Shown here: piece after piece, positions 18,320-29,296 of the stretch
Numbering within the stretch: position 1 is the stretch's first letter
Layout of the letters: every line of letters begins with the position of its first letter
Origin: Candidatus Omnitrophota bacterium
GTDB taxonomy: Bacteria > Omnitrophota > Gorgyraeia > JAGLLT01
NCBI GenBank assembly: GCA_023140385.1
Contig: JAGLLT010000039.1
Span: 34,381 to 98,380, forward strand
Direction of reading: 5' to 3'
DNA: 64,000 nt
Notes under the pieces: generated by a model
Told to the model about the DNA's origin: nothing
Seen by the model: the letters and a program-made list of their open reading frames with translations, nothing else
The model's database searches: none
Made by a program: the position numbers and the translations under genes

Positions 18320-19120
18320 TTGAAAAAAACCATTTTTTTTATATTATTAATCGGTGTTTTATTATCTCAGCCGGCCGCGGCAAATGGGAAGAAAGCGGGC
18401 AGTTTGGGATTGCCCCAGGTTTTAAAGAGGATGCACTTTGTTATTTACCACAACGACCGCTCCTATGCCAATAAGGTGAGCTGGAAGGCGGAGTACAGCT
18501 ATAAAAAGATTTTAAGACATTTTAATGTTCAGGGGTTTCGCCCCTGGGAAGGAAAAGAAAAATGCGTTATATATCTTTTTGAAAACAGAGCTGAGTATAT
18601 AAAAAAATCCAAGGCCCCTGAATGGTCAGGCGGATGCGCCAGAGATAATCCTCCGCGCCTCTATATTTATAAAGGGGCAGAAGATTTGCTAAAAAATACA
18701 CTTCCGCATGAAATAACCCACCTGATTTTTCATGAGTTAATTCCCAGGAGCAAGATTCCCTTATGGCTTGATGAAGGAATGGCTCAATATGAGGAAGATA
18801 AATGGGGTTCGGGTGTTTTTAAGGATTATCTTAAAGATAGAGTGAAGAAGGGTATCTATATCAGTTTTGATGAACTTTTCAGTATGAAGCGTTATCCTTC
18901 CGGCGATGAGAAGATAAGCCTGTTTTACGCGGAGTCGGCGAGCATTATTGATTACCTGAGGAAGAAGCAGATTGCCAGCCTTTTCGGTAAATTTTTGTTG
19001 AAAATCAGGCGCGGGAAGCCGGTTGGTAAAGCCCTTTCGGAAACCTATTATCCCAAGTTTAAATATGGAGTTGCTGATTTAGAGAGAAAATGGAAAAAGT
19101 ACGTAGTAAACAAATATTAG
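18320..19120 (+). CDS. Secreted putative zinc metallopeptidase, paralog of the 17464 gene
   Basis: Signal peptide. HEITH followed by WLDEGMAQYEE. It aligns with the upstream paralog along its whole length. Confidence 0.5.
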   Translation: MKKTIFFILLIGVLLSQPAAANGKKAGSLGLPQVLKRMHFVIYHNDRSYANKVSWKAEYSYKKILRHFNVQGFRPWEGKEKCVIYLFENRAEYIKKSKAPEWSGGCARDNPPRLYIYKGAEDLLKNTLPHEITHLIFHELIPRSKIPLWLDEGMAQYEEDKWGSGVFKDYLKDRVKKGIYISFDELFSMKRYPSGDEKISLFYAESASIIDYLRKKQIASLFGKFLLKIRRGKPVGKALSETYYPKFKYGVADLERKWKKYVVNKY

Positions 19121-21789
19121 AAACCGGCGAAAAAAAGGCCTTTTTGTTAGATGGTACCTCGTTTTGTTATAGAGCCCACTATGCTATAAAAAGCCTGACT
19201 AATTCCAGCGGCAGGCCAACCAATGCTATTTATGGTTTTGTTGTAATGTTAAATAAGATTATTACTGATGAAGCGCCGGAATTTCTTGGTGTAGCTTTTG
19301 ATGTAAAGTCGCCAACCTTCAGACACAAGAAATTTAAAGAATATAAAGCTAACCGCCCGCCGATGCCGGATGAGCTGTCCGAACAAATACCGGTAATTAA
19401 AGAGGTGCTTAAAGCTTATCACATACCGATTTTTGAGAAGGCTGGATATGAGGGTGAAGACATTATAGCTACTCTGGCTAAAGACCTGAAGAAAAAAAGT
19501 ATAAAGGTTTACGTGGCAACCGGCGATAAGGATATTCTGCAGTTAGTTGACGATAATTTAAAAGTTTACAACACCAATAAAGACGGTTTGTTATACGATG
19601 GGGAGATGATAAAGGAGAAATATGGCGTAGGCCCGGAAGCGATTGTAGAGGTAATGGCGCTCATGGGTGATAAGGTGGACAATGTGCCGGGCGTTCCCGG
19701 CATCGGTTTAAAAACGGCGCGAAAGTTAATTCAAGAGTTTGGTACTTTAGAAAAACTATTAAACAGCGCCGACATGATAAAAAATGAAAGACTGTCCAGG
19801 CTTATCAAAGAGCATTCAGCTGACGCCAGGCTATCCAAAGAGCTGATTAAAATTGACTCAGACGTACCCATAGAGGTGGATATAGATAAGTTAAAAAGGA
19901 GAGAGCCGGATAAAGAGAAGCTCTTTATGATTTTTAAGGAGTTAGAGTTTCGAAGACTATTAAAGGAGTTTGCTCCCTCCGGCGGACTAAAGAAGGACTA
20001 TAATTTAATTACCGGGAAAAGAGAATTTGAGAAGCTTATTGAAAGCCTGAAAGATGCCGCTGTTTTTGCCTTTGACTTTGAGACTACCAGCCCTAATCCG
20101 CACGAAGCGGAACTTGTAGGTGTCTCTTTTTCGTGGAAGGAAGGAATCGCGTATTACGTACCCTTAATCGGCCTGGACAAGGGGCGCGAAGGTATTGTTA
20201 GGGACGAGGCCTTATGTTCTTTGAAGTCCATCTTTGAAGACGAAAAGATAAAGAAGGTTGGGCAAAACGTAAAGTATGAAACTATTATACTTACCAGGCA
20301 TAAGATTAACTTAAAAGCAATTTACTTTGATACAATGATAGCTTCTTATGTTTTAAATCCCTCTAAGTCTAACCATAATTTAGAGGATATTTCCCTTGAA
20401 TACCTGGGACACAAGATGATATCTTATCAGGACTTAACCGGTAGGGGCAAAGAGGCTGTCGCGTTAAAGGATGTGGCGCTGGATAAGGTTTGTGAATATG
20501 CCTGTGAAGATTCTGATGTGACCTTCAGATTGCATAATATCCTGAAAGATAAATTAAAAGAAAAGGGACTATTGAAGCTCTATGAAGAGATTGAATTGCC
20601 GCTGATAGAAGTCTTAGCCTATATAGAAATATGCGGTGTGAGCGTTGACAAGAAGAAGCTTGAAGTTATGTCCGGGAGATTAAAGAAGCAGCTGCAGAAA
20701 CTGGAAGATGATATCTTTTGTGAAGCCGGCGTAGAATTTAACATAAGGTCTCCCAAACAGCTTCAGGAGATACTGTTTAACAGACTGAAGCTCCCGGTGA
20801 TTAAGAAGACAAAAACGGGCGCCTCAACTGACGCGGAAGTTCTTAAGAGGCTCTCTTTAGATCATAGCCTGCCCGCTATGATATTAAAATACAGGGAACT
20901 CTCAAAGATTAAAACAACTTATGTTGACAGCCTGCCCAATCTTGTTAATAAACGGACGAAAAGAATACATACTTCTTATAACCAGACCGTAACCCAAACA
21001 GGCAGACTAAGCTCTTCGGGCCCCAACCTGCAGAATATTCCCATAAGAAGTAAGTTGGGCAAGGAAATTAGGGAGGCGTTTGTGCCGGTCTCTGAGGATT
21101 TTCAACTTCTTTCTGCCGATTATTCTCAGATTGAATTAAGGGTTCTTGCTCACCTTTCAGGGGACGGCAATTTAAAAAGAGCTTTTAGGGAGGGCATGGA
21201 TGTTCATACATATACAGCCTCTCTCGTATTTGAGGTTGGGATACAAGAAATTACCGAAGAAATGAGGGCCGTGGCTAAGACTGTAAATTTTTCAATTATC
21301 TACGGTATAAGCGCCTTTGGCCTCTCAAGAGAATTAAACATAGAAATGGCTAAGGCTAAAAGTTTTATTGACAATTATTTCAAAAGGTATCCGGGGGTAA
21401 AAGCGTATATTGACGCCCGGATAAAGGAGGCGGAGGAAGAGGGATATGTTACTACCTTATTCGGCAGGCGCCGGTATATACCGCAGATAAAAAGCGGGGA
21501 TATCTCTCAGGTCAATTTTGCCAGGCGTGTTGCTATTAATACGCCGGTTCAGGGAACGGCGAGTGATTTAATAAAAATCGCAATGGTTAATATATATAAT
21601 GAGTTGAAAAAAAATGGTTTTTTGTCCCAAATGATTATGCAGATTCATGATGAGCTTATTTTTGAAGCGCATAAAGACGAAACGGCTAAATTAAAAAAGA
21701 TGGTTAAAGAAAAAATGGAGCATGTAGTTGTGTTGGACATTCCCATAAAGGTAGATATCAAGGTGGGCAAAAGTTGGGCGGAATGCTGA
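19090..21789 (+). CDS. polA: DNA polymerase I
   Basis: 899 aa containing 5'-3' exonuclease, 3'-5' exonuclease and polymerase domains. Motif A DYSQIELR and the O-helix RRxAKTVNFSIIYG are present. Confidence 0.9.
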   Translation: MEKVRSKQILETGEKKAFLLDGTSFCYRAHYAIKSLTNSSGRPTNAIYGFVVMLNKIITDEAPEFLGVAFDVKSPTFRHKKFKEYKANRPPMPDELSEQIPVIKEVLKAYHIPIFEKAGYEGEDIIATLAKDLKKKSIKVYVATGDKDILQLVDDNLKVYNTNKDGLLYDGEMIKEKYGVGPEAIVEVMALMGDKVDNVPGVPGIGLKTARKLIQEFGTLEKLLNSADMIKNERLSRLIKEHSADARLSKELIKIDSDVPIEVDIDKLKRREPDKEKLFMIFKELEFRRLLKEFAPSGGLKKDYNLITGKREFEKLIESLKDAAVFAFDFETTSPNPHEAELVGVSFSWKEGIAYYVPLIGLDKGREGIVRDEALCSLKSIFEDEKIKKVGQNVKYETIILTRHKINLKAIYFDTMIASYVLNPSKSNHNLEDISLEYLGHKMISYQDLTGRGKEAVALKDVALDKVCEYACEDSDVTFRLHNILKDKLKEKGLLKLYEEIELPLIEVLAYIEICGVSVDKKKLEVMSGRLKKQLQKLEDDIFCEAGVEFNIRSPKQLQEILFNRLKLPVIKKTKTGASTDAEVLKRLSLDHSLPAMILKYRELSKIKTTYVDSLPNLVNKRTKRIHTSYNQTVTQTGRLSSSGPNLQNIPIRSKLGKEIREAFVPVSEDFQLLSADYSQIELRVLAHLSGDGNLKRAFREGMDVHTYTASLVFEVGIQEITEEMRAVAKTVNFSIIYGISAFGLSRELNIEMAKAKSFIDNYFKRYPGVKAYIDARIKEAEEEGYVTTLFGRRRYIPQIKSGDISQVNFARRVAINTPVQGTASDLIKIAMVNIYNELKKNGFLSQMIMQIHDELIFEAHKDETAKLKKMVKEKMEHVVVLDIPIKVDIKVGKSWAEC

Positions 21790-21806
21790 AGATAAGAGGA
21801 GTATGA

Positions 21807-22403
21807 ATGAAGGTTATCGGGGTTACCGGAAGTTACAAAAGCGGCAAAAGTACGGTAAGCAGGATGTTTTGGGAGTTGGGAGCGAGAATAATTGATGCTG
21901 ATAAGATGGGCCATGAAGCTCTGCTTCCTCAAAAAGAGACTTATGAAAGGGTAGTAACTGTTTTTGGCCGCGGTATTCTTGATAAGTCAGGCAGGATAGA
22001 TAGAAAAAAACTGGCTGCTATAGTTTTTAGTAATGCCGGCAGGCTTAACAAACTTAACAAAATAATTCATCCGGAGGTTATAGGGAGAATAAAGAATGAA
22101 ATAGCGGAAGCAAAAATAGAAGTGCCGCAGCCGGTTATTATTGTTGAGGCACCCCTATTATATGAAGCAGGCATAACGCGGATGATGAGTAAGATAATAG
22201 TAGTTGATTTAAGTTATGAGCGGCAAATAAAAAGGGCGTTTGAAAGCGGGATTGGTTCTCAAGGAGAGATAAAGGAGAGAATATCAAGCCAGATGCCCCT
22301 TGATGAAAAGAAAAGGCTGGCTGATTTTATAATTAACAATAATGGGAGCATGGAAGAAACAAAAAGACAGGTAGAAACTATTTGGAAAAAAATAAAGGAG
22401 TAA
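21807..22403 (+). CDS. coaE: Dephospho-CoA kinase
   Basis: P-loop GVTGSYKSGKST and the HPEV motif. The protein is 198 aa. Confidence 0.85.
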   Translation: MKVIGVTGSYKSGKSTVSRMFWELGARIIDADKMGHEALLPQKETYERVVTVFGRGILDKSGRIDRKKLAAIVFSNAGRLNKLNKIIHPEVIGRIKNEIAEAKIEVPQPVIIVEAPLLYEAGITRMMSKIIVVDLSYERQIKRAFESGIGSQGEIKERISSQMPLDEKKRLADFIINNNGSMEETKRQVETIWKKIKE

Positions 22404-22409
22404 GAAACT

Positions 22410-23696
22410 ATGGCAGTAAATCAGGAAGTAAGCCACAAAGATGAGTTAAACATTGAGAATTTGAAAAAGATGAAAATGACAGAATTGACGAAGCTGGCTT
22501 CTAAGTTGAATATCAACGGAGTCAGTAATCTGAAAAAGCAGGAGATGATTTTTAAGCTTCTTCAAGCAAGCGCCGAAAAGAGCGGGAATATGTTTGGAGA
22601 GGGAGTGTTGGAGGTTTTACCTGACGGTTTCGGTTTCTTGCGCTCTCCCAACTATAATTATTTGCCGTGTCCCGATGACATTTATATTTCACCTTCTCAG
22701 ATTAAGAAATTTTCGCTGAGAACCGGCGATGTAGTCAGCGGACAGATAAGGCCGCCAAAAGAGAGTGAAAAGTATTTTGCCCTTTTAAGAGTGGAGGCTG
22801 TTGATTTTGAAAGTCCGGAGAAGTCAAAAGAGAAGATACTTTTTGATAATCTTACTCCTCTTTATCCGCGGGAAAGGTTTATTCTTGAGACAACACCCGA
22901 TGAGATTTCTATGCGAATTATGGACTTGCTGACTCCGATAGGAAAGGGCCAGCGCGGACTAATTGTTGCTCCGCCCTACAGCGGAAAGACGGTTCTTCTG
23001 CAGGAGTTTGCCAACAGTATAACGATTAATTATCCCGATGCGGTATTGATGGTTCTTTTGATTGACGAAAGGCCGGAAGAAGTTACTGATATGCAGAGGT
23101 CTGTAAGGGGAGAGGTGATAAGTTCTACTTTTGATGAGCCGCCGGTTAGGCACGTTCAGGTGGCCGAGATGGTTTTAGAAAAGGCAAAAAGATTGGTTGA
23201 AAGGCATAAGGATGTTGTGATATTATTAGATAGTATTACCAGGCTGGCAAGGGCCTATAACTCGGTCGTACCCCACTCAGGCAGGATATTGTCAGGAGGA
23301 GTAGATGCTGCTTCTATCGAAAAACCCAAGAGATTCTTCGGGGCGGCCAGATGCGTTGAGGAGGGTGGAAGCCTGACGATTATTGCTACCGCCTTAATTG
23401 ACACTGGCTCTCGTATGGACGATGTAATATTTGAGGAGTTTAAGGGAACCGGCAATATGGAGCTTACTTTAGACAGAAACCTTTTTCATAGAAGGATTTA
23501 CCCGGCCATAGATATAAAACGCTCAAACACCAGAAAGGAAGAGCTGTTGTATGATTCGGAGGAGCTAAAAAGAATCTGGATACTCAGAAAAGCTCTTGGT
23601 GAAGCGACAAGCTTAGAAGCCCTTGAACTCTTGATAAACAAAATAAAGAAGACAAAAAGCAACGCCGAATTTTTACTGTCACTGAAGGATATTTAA
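22410..23696 (+). CDS. rho: Transcription termination factor Rho
   Basis: N-terminal domain and cold-shock-domain-like RNA-binding region. Walker A APPYSGKT and the typical Rho ATPase core. Confidence 0.9.
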   Translation: MAVNQEVSHKDELNIENLKKMKMTELTKLASKLNINGVSNLKKQEMIFKLLQASAEKSGNMFGEGVLEVLPDGFGFLRSPNYNYLPCPDDIYISPSQIKKFSLRTGDVVSGQIRPPKESEKYFALLRVEAVDFESPEKSKEKILFDNLTPLYPRERFILETTPDEISMRIMDLLTPIGKGQRGLIVAPPYSGKTVLLQEFANSITINYPDAVLMVLLIDERPEEVTDMQRSVRGEVISSTFDEPPVRHVQVAEMVLEKAKRLVERHKDVVILLDSITRLARAYNSVVPHSGRILSGGVDAASIEKPKRFFGAARCVEEGGSLTIIATALIDTGSRMDDVIFEEFKGTGNMELTLDRNLFHRRIYPAIDIKRSNTRKEELLYDSEELKRIWILRKALGEATSLEALELLINKIKKTKSNAEFLLSLKDI

Positions 23697-23713
23697 AGAA
23701 AGGAAATAGTAAA

Positions 23714-23914
23714 ATGAAAGATAAGCTTCATCCGGAGTATAAGGAAAGCACTATTAGTTGCGCTTGCGGGAATGTGGTGCATACCCGTTCAACTAAGCAG
23801 AACATTAAGGTTGAAATTTGCAGTAAGTGTCATCCGTTTTTTACCGGCACTCAAAAACTGGTTGATTCGGCGGGCCGCGTTGAACGGTTCAGGAAAAAAT
23901 ACGGCAAGAAATAA
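23714..23914 (+). CDS. rpmE: 50S ribosomal protein L31
   Basis: MKDKLHPEY...CxC...[10 protein letters not shown]. Confidence 0.9.
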   Translation: MKDKLHPEYKESTISCACGNVVHTRSTKQNIKVEICSKCHPFFTGTQKLVDSAGRVERFRKKYGKK

Positions 23915-23916
23915 AG

Positions 23917-24978
23917 ATGTTTAAACAATTAGACACTTTATTAAAGCGCTTCGATGAGGTTCAGAAGCTTCTTGTTGACCCGGAGGTAATCTCTAACAGC
24001 CGCAGGTATCAGCAGCTTGCCAAAGAGAGGGCTCATTTAGAGCCGGCGGCGCTAAAGTACAGGCAGTTTCAGAAGAATGAGAATGATATCAGAGAGATAG
24101 ATGGCCTGTTAAAAGAAAAGCAGACGGAGAAAGACTTTTCTGAACTTGTTGTATCAGAAAAAAAAAGGTTGAACGAAGAAGGCCTGAAACTCAAGGAGGA
24201 ACTGGAGGAATTTCTTTTTGAGCGGGAGGAGGGCCTGGACAGGAATATTATTATGGAGATCAGGGCGGGAACGGGAGGAGAAGAGGCCGCTCTTTTTGCC
24301 GCCGATCTCTTTAAGATGTATTCGAAATATGCTCAATCCAAGGGTTATAAAGTTGACATTCTGAGTTCTCATCCTTCGGCAGGCGCCGGCTTTAAAGAGA
24401 TAATTTTTTCTGTTGAAGGCAGGATGGTGTATAAGATATTCAGATATGAAAGCGGTACTCACCGGGTGCAAAGGGTTCCGGCCACCGAGACCTCAGGCAG
24501 AATACATACTTCAGCGGCTACGGTCGCTGTTCTGTTGGAGGCGGAAGAGGTTGATTTGAAGATTGACCCGGGTGAACTGAAAATTGACACTTACCGTTCC
24601 TCGGGAGCCGGGGGCCAGCACGTCAACGTAACAGATTCTGCCGTACGTATTACGCATTTACCGACTAATACGGTGGTCAGTTGTCAGGACGAACGGTCCC
24701 AGATGAAAAACAGGGCCAAAGCAATGAAAGTTTTGCGGGCCAGGATTCTTGATAAGTTAGAAAAGGAAAAGCAACGTGAGATTTCAAAATCAAGAAAGTC
24801 TCAGGTAGGCACCGGAGACAGGTCTCAAAAAATCAGGACATATAATTTTCCTGACAGACGGGTTACCGATCACCGCATACATTTAACCCTTTACAGGCTG
24901 GAAAGCATACTGGAAGGCGACATGGAAGAGCTGATAACCGCCCTCCTTAAAGAAGATAGAAAGCGTTCTTTAAAATGA
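23917..24978 (+). CDS. prfA: Peptide chain release factor 1
   Basis: GGQHVN motif. RF1-type sequence of about 353 aa. Confidence 0.9.
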   Translation: MFKQLDTLLKRFDEVQKLLVDPEVISNSRRYQQLAKERAHLEPAALKYRQFQKNENDIREIDGLLKEKQTEKDFSELVVSEKKRLNEEGLKLKEELEEFLFEREEGLDRNIIMEIRAGTGGEEAALFAADLFKMYSKYAQSKGYKVDILSSHPSAGAGFKEIIFSVEGRMVYKIFRYESGTHRVQRVPATETSGRIHTSAATVAVLLEAEEVDLKIDPGELKIDTYRSSGAGGQHVNVTDSAVRITHLPTNTVVSCQDERSQMKNRAKAMKVLRARILDKLEKEKQREISKSRKSQVGTGDRSQKIRTYNFPDRRVTDHRIHLTLYRLESILEGDMEELITALLKEDRKRSLK

Positions 24979-25793
24979 CCAAAAAAATAGTTATGATATT
25001 GTCTTTTATGTTTATATTTACATGCGCGGCCAGCATTCGGCTTTCTGCCGATAACTTCCTAGAGAAGCGCCGCCGTGCGTTATTAAAGGAGATGAGGGCC
25101 AAAACAGATGTAAAGCAAGAGGGAAGGATGTGCCGCTCAGAGAACTTCAATGTTATTACGGACAAAAAAAGTATCGAGGAGTTTGGCGTAAAAAATACAA
25201 AAAAATTTGAGGCTTCAATGCTCAGGATATGTTATATATTGGAAGAAGCCCACAGAATTACAAGAAAGATTACCGGTATATCTACTTCGGGCAAATATGT
25301 TATAAATATTTTATCACCGGAGATTTTCGAGAAAAAATGGGGAAGATCGGGGGATGACTTAGTATATTACAGCGGTTCACGTTTCTGGATGGCTATGCCG
25401 ATTGAGGTTATGCGAAATCCCCTTGATGATTCACCTGATACGATAGCCCGCCTCTGCAACACATTTGCCCTGATGTTTATTTATGGAAAACAGGGTTCTA
25501 GGTTTGATGCTGCTGATGCCTCAAGGTTCCGGGAGTATATAGAGGAGTTGGGCGTGAAGTTATCTTCATGGAATCATAGTTTGTCCTCCCAAGAAAAGAA
25601 AGGAATAGTAAGCGAGATAGATAAGGAGTACACCTTTTTATTTAAAAAGTACCCTGACCTGTTTAAGAAAAAAAGTGTTAATAAAAAGACTATGAAATGC
25701 AGGTGGTGCAAAAAAGAGATTAATATAACGGGCAAAAGAAGGGGATCGCGGATTAAATGTCCGCATTGCGGTAAGAGTGTTAACATAAAATAG
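24975..25793 (+). CDS. Hypothetical secreted protein with a C-terminal CxxC-X14-CxxC zinc ribbon, inserted between prfA and prmC
   Basis: Signal peptide. The C-terminus has CRWCKK...CPHCGK. Confidence 0.4.
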   Translation: MTKKIVMILSFMFIFTCAASIRLSADNFLEKRRRALLKEMRAKTDVKQEGRMCRSENFNVITDKKSIEEFGVKNTKKFEASMLRICYILEEAHRITRKITGISTSGKYVINILSPEIFEKKWGRSGDDLVYYSGSRFWMAMPIEVMRNPLDDSPDTIARLCNTFALMFIYGKQGSRFDAADASRFREYIEELGVKLSSWNHSLSSQEKKGIVSEIDKEYTFLFKKYPDLFKKKSVNKKTMKCRWCKKEINITGKRRGSRIKCPHCGKSVNIK

Positions 25794-25794
25794 A

Positions 25795-26670
25795 ATGGGT
25801 AAGTTTTTGAGCAAAACATTAAGGGCCTGCCTGGAGAGCGCGGATGAGATTTTCAGAGATAACGGAATAAGAAATTCCCGCCTGGAAGTCGAGGTTCTTT
25901 TTTGCGCGGCTTTAAGAATTAAAAGGCTGAATTTATACATTGATGAGATTAATCTTGGAGATAACCGGTTTAACATAATAAACGAATGGATAAAAAGGCG
26001 GCTTGCGGGTGAACCCCTGGCCTATATAGTCGGCAGCGCCGTTTTTTACGGCCTTGAATTTAAGGTTGATAAGGGGGTTTTGATACCGCGTGCCGAAACT
26101 GAACTTCTGGTTGAAAAAGTCCTTAATATTATTAAAGACAGTGAGTTAAGCAAACCGGTCATCGCGGATATAGGAACAGGCTGCGGAAATATTGCTATTT
26201 CATTGACAAAATGGCTAAGTAGTTGTAAAATGATCGCTACTGACATTTCCGGCTTAGCGTTAAAGGTAGCCGGTGAAAATGCTAAAAGGTACGGCTTTGA
26301 AGGAAGAATTACCTTTTTAAAAGGTGATCTGTTTAAGCCTCTTGAGGGCTTTAAAGAACAAATAGATATCATAGTCTCTAATCCGCCCTATGTAAGTACT
26401 TGTGAATTAAATAAGTTGCAGCGTGAAGTTAGAGAAGAACCGCTTTTGGCGCTCGCGGGCGGCAGGAACGGTTTGTTGTTTTATAGAAAAATAATTAAAG
26501 AAGCCCATCTTTTTTTGAAACCATTGGGTTTTTTGGTGTTAGAGCTGGGCAAAGGACGCCTTAAAGGGGTTAATGAGATGCTTTCATCAGCCGGCCAGTA
26601 TAAAAAAACAGGGATTCTTAAGGATTATAGCGGCATAGACAGAATAATAGTCTGCCAAAAAATAAAGTAA
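25795..26670 (+). CDS. prmC: Release factor glutamine methyltransferase
   Basis: NPPY motif (IIVSNPPYV) and SAM-binding site DIGTGCG. Confidence 0.85.
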   Translation: MGKFLSKTLRACLESADEIFRDNGIRNSRLEVEVLFCAALRIKRLNLYIDEINLGDNRFNIINEWIKRRLAGEPLAYIVGSAVFYGLEFKVDKGVLIPRAETELLVEKVLNIIKDSELSKPVIADIGTGCGNIAISLTKWLSSCKMIATDISGLALKVAGENAKRYGFEGRITFLKGDLFKPLEGFKEQIDIIVSNPPYVSTCELNKLQREVREEPLLALAGGRNGLLFYRKIIKEAHLFLKPLGFLVLELGKGRLKGVNEMLSSAGQYKKTGILKDYSGIDRIIVCQKIK

Positions 26671-26677
26671 AGCAAAG

Positions 26678-27940
26678 ATGGATAAGGTTGTTATAAATGG
26701 CGGCAGAAGACTAGAAGGGCAGATTACGGTTAGCGGGGCGAAGAACGCGGTATTGCCGATTTTAGCCGCTACTCTGTTGACAGAAGATAAGTCAGTTATA
26801 AAAAATGTGCCCCGCGTGGTTGATGTCCAGACTATAATTAAGATAATTGAAGCTCTGGGTGTTCAGGTTAATAATGAGGGAGACAGGGTTGAAGTTATCC
26901 CCGGCAGATATACTTCATTTACGGCGCCCTATGAGTTAGTCAGCACAATGCGGGCGTCTGTATGCGTTTTGGGGGCTCTTTTAGCAAAAGTGGGCCGGGC
27001 AAGGGTATCTATGCCGGGCGGCTGTGTAATTGGTCTTAGGCCGGTAGATTTACATTTAAAGGGGTTAAGGGCGTTAGGGGCCAAGATAAAGTTCAACCAC
27101 GGATACATCGATGCTGTTTCTTCCTGCTTGAGGGGGGCCGATATCTATCTGGGGGGAGCCTTTGGTTCCAGTGTTTTGGCAACGGCCAATGTAATGATGG
27201 CGGCAACTCTGGCAAAAGGCAGGACTGTAATAGAAGGCGCGGCCTGCGAACCGGAGATAGTCGACTTAGGAAATTTTTTAAATAAAATGGGTGCCGGGAT
27301 TTCCGGGCACAACTCACCCGTTATAGTAATAGATGGAGTTAAGAAGCTTCACGGCGCGGAGCATACGGTTATTGCCGACAGGATTGAGGCCGGTACTTAT
27401 ATGATAGCCGGCGCCATTACTAAGGGTGATATAACCCTGAAAAATGTCTGTTTTTCTCATTTGGGGGCTGTAATAGACAAACTCAAAGAGGCGGGGGTGG
27501 ACATCTTAAAGGGTAATGGTTTTCTGAGAGTCAGACGCGAAAAGGAACTAAAACCCATAGATGTAACCACATTACCTTATCCGGGCTTTCCGACTGATTT
27601 ACAGGCGCAGATGACAGCCTTGATGGCGGTAGCCGGCGGAATTAGCATCATTACGGAGAAAATATACCCCGGACGCTTTATGCACGTCAGTGAGTTAAAT
27701 AGAATGGGAGCGGAAATATATATTGAGGGTCCCAGCGCCATAGTTAAAGGTGTTAAATCATTAAGCGGGGCGCCGGTGATGGCATCTGATTTAAGGGCGT
27801 CAGCGGCCCTGATACTTGCCGGACTTACGGCTAAGGGCAAAACAGAAGTTTCGCGTATTTATCATCTCGACAGGGGCTATGAGAAAATAGAAGATAAATT
27901 ATCCGTATTGGGAGCTGATATTTTGAGGCAAAAGGAGTAA
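26678..27940 (+). CDS. murA: UDP-N-acetylglucosamine 1-carboxyvinyltransferase
   Basis: The N-terminus INGGRRLEGQITVSGAKNAVLPILAATLL is typical of MurA. The protein is 420 aa. Confidence 0.9.
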   Translation: MDKVVINGGRRLEGQITVSGAKNAVLPILAATLLTEDKSVIKNVPRVVDVQTIIKIIEALGVQVNNEGDRVEVIPGRYTSFTAPYELVSTMRASVCVLGALLAKVGRARVSMPGGCVIGLRPVDLHLKGLRALGAKIKFNHGYIDAVSSCLRGADIYLGGAFGSSVLATANVMMAATLAKGRTVIEGAACEPEIVDLGNFLNKMGAGISGHNSPVIVIDGVKKLHGAEHTVIADRIEAGTYMIAGAITKGDITLKNVCFSHLGAVIDKLKEAGVDILKGNGFLRVRREKELKPIDVTTLPYPGFPTDLQAQMTALMAVAGGISIITEKIYPGRFMHVSELNRMGAEIYIEGPSAIVKGVKSLSGAPVMASDLRASAALILAGLTAKGKTEVSRIYHLDRGYEKIEDKLSVLGADILRQKE

Positions 27941-27985
27941 TATTTTTAATTTTCCGTCTTATGGCGGAGAGGAAGGAGTTTTAAA

Positions 27986-28228
27986 ATGTCAACGAGAATC
28001 AGATTAAAAAGAATTGGCACAAAAAAAAGAGCGGTTTACAGAATTGTGGTCTGCGACAGCAGGTCATCAAGAGATGGCAGTGTTATTGAAGAGCTCGGCA
28101 CCTACGACCCCAATCAGATGCCCGAATTGATTCAGTTAAAGAAAGAAAGGGCGAAATATTGGGTCGGGGAGGGAGCCGTCAGCAGTCGGACGGTAGAAAG
28201 TATTCTAAAAAAGCAGGAAATAAAGTAA
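27986..28228 (+). CDS. rpsP: 30S ribosomal protein S16
   Basis: MSTRIRLKRIGTKKRAVYRIVV...YDP. Confidence 0.9.
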   Translation: MSTRIRLKRIGTKKRAVYRIVVCDSRSSRDGSVIEELGTYDPNQMPELIQLKKERAKYWVGEGAVSSRTVESILKKQEIK

Positions 28229-28235
28229 TCTTTTA

Positions 28236-28934
28236 ATGCTGAAGATAGACGTTATAACTATTTTTCCGGAGATGTTCAAAGCGGTGACTGGTGAGTCGAT
28301 AATTAAAAGGGCCTGCCAGAAAAAAAAGATTAGGATAGAGATTTATAACTTAAGAGATTTTACGGATAACACGCATAGAAAGGTTGATGAACGGCCGTTT
28401 GGCGGCGGTCCGGGTATGCTGATAAGTCCCGAGCCTGTTTTTAAAGCCGTAAAAAAGATTAAAGGAAGAAGAAAAAAAACAAAAGTTATACTTCTTACTC
28501 CTCAGGGTGTTAAGTTTGAACAGAAAACTGCCGGAAGATTAAGCAGAGAAACGCACCTGATATTTATCTGTCCCCGCTATGAAGGAATTGATGAGCGGGT
28601 AAGGTTGAAGCTGGTAGATGAAGAGATATCTATAGGCGATTATGTGTTAACCGGAGGGGAACTACCGGCTTTGGTAGTAATAGATGCCATTACGCGGTTA
28701 ATTCCCGGTGTTCTGGGAGACAGTGAGTCGGCTATATCAGACTCATTTGAGAATAACCTGTTAGAGCATCCTCAGTACACGCGGCCGGCAAACTTCAGAG
28801 GATTAAAAGTGCCGGAGGTTTTACTTTCAGGAAACCACAGGTTAATTAAAGAGTGGAAAAGGAAACAGTCTCTTTTAAGAACAAAAAGAAAGAGGCCGGA
28901 TTTGTTAAAAAAAGAAAGGAACAATCATGAATAA
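28236..28934 (+). CDS. trmD: tRNA (guanine37-N1)-methyltransferase
   Basis: MLKIDVITIFPEMF...CPRYEGIDERV. This is the TrmD fold. No rimM gene lies between rpsP and trmD. Confidence 0.9.
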   Translation: MLKIDVITIFPEMFKAVTGESIIKRACQKKKIRIEIYNLRDFTDNTHRKVDERPFGGGPGMLISPEPVFKAVKKIKGRRKKTKVILLTPQGVKFEQKTAGRLSRETHLIFICPRYEGIDERVRLKLVDEEISIGDYVLTGGELPALVVIDAITRLIPGVLGDSESAISDSFENNLLEHPQYTRPANFRGLKVPEVLLSGNHRLIKEWKRKQSLLRTKRKRPDLLKKERNNHE

Positions 28935-29277
28935 GGTTGCGTTAATTGAAAAAGAACAGGTCAAGAAAGATATGCCGGCTTTTAAGGCGGGAGATACCGT
29001 TAAGGTGTACGTGCGTATTAAAGAGGACGAAAAAGAACGCCTCCAGGTTTTTGAAGGGATTGTTCTCGGCATTAATGGCGGGGGAGTCAGCAAAACCTTT
29101 ATAGTGAGAAAGATATCCTATGGTGTGGGAGTAGAGAGAACATTTCCGGTTTATTCACCCAATGTGCAGAAGATTCAGGTTATTAAAAGAAGCAAGATGA
29201 AAAGGTCGAAACTTTTTTATTTAAGGGATAGAGTAAGTAAAAAGTTTAAGGTTGAAGAAGAGTGGGGCAAGCGGTAG
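28927..29277 (+). CDS. rplS: 50S ribosomal protein L19
   Basis: FKAGDTVKVYVRIKE...RLQVFEGIVL. Confidence 0.9.
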   Translation: MNKVALIEKEQVKKDMPAFKAGDTVKVYVRIKEDEKERLQVFEGIVLGINGGGVSKTFIVRKISYGVGVERTFPVYSPNVQKIQVIKRSKMKRSKLFYLRDRVSKKFKVEEEWGKR

Positions 29278-29296
29278 GAGCCTGAAACCTTAGATA

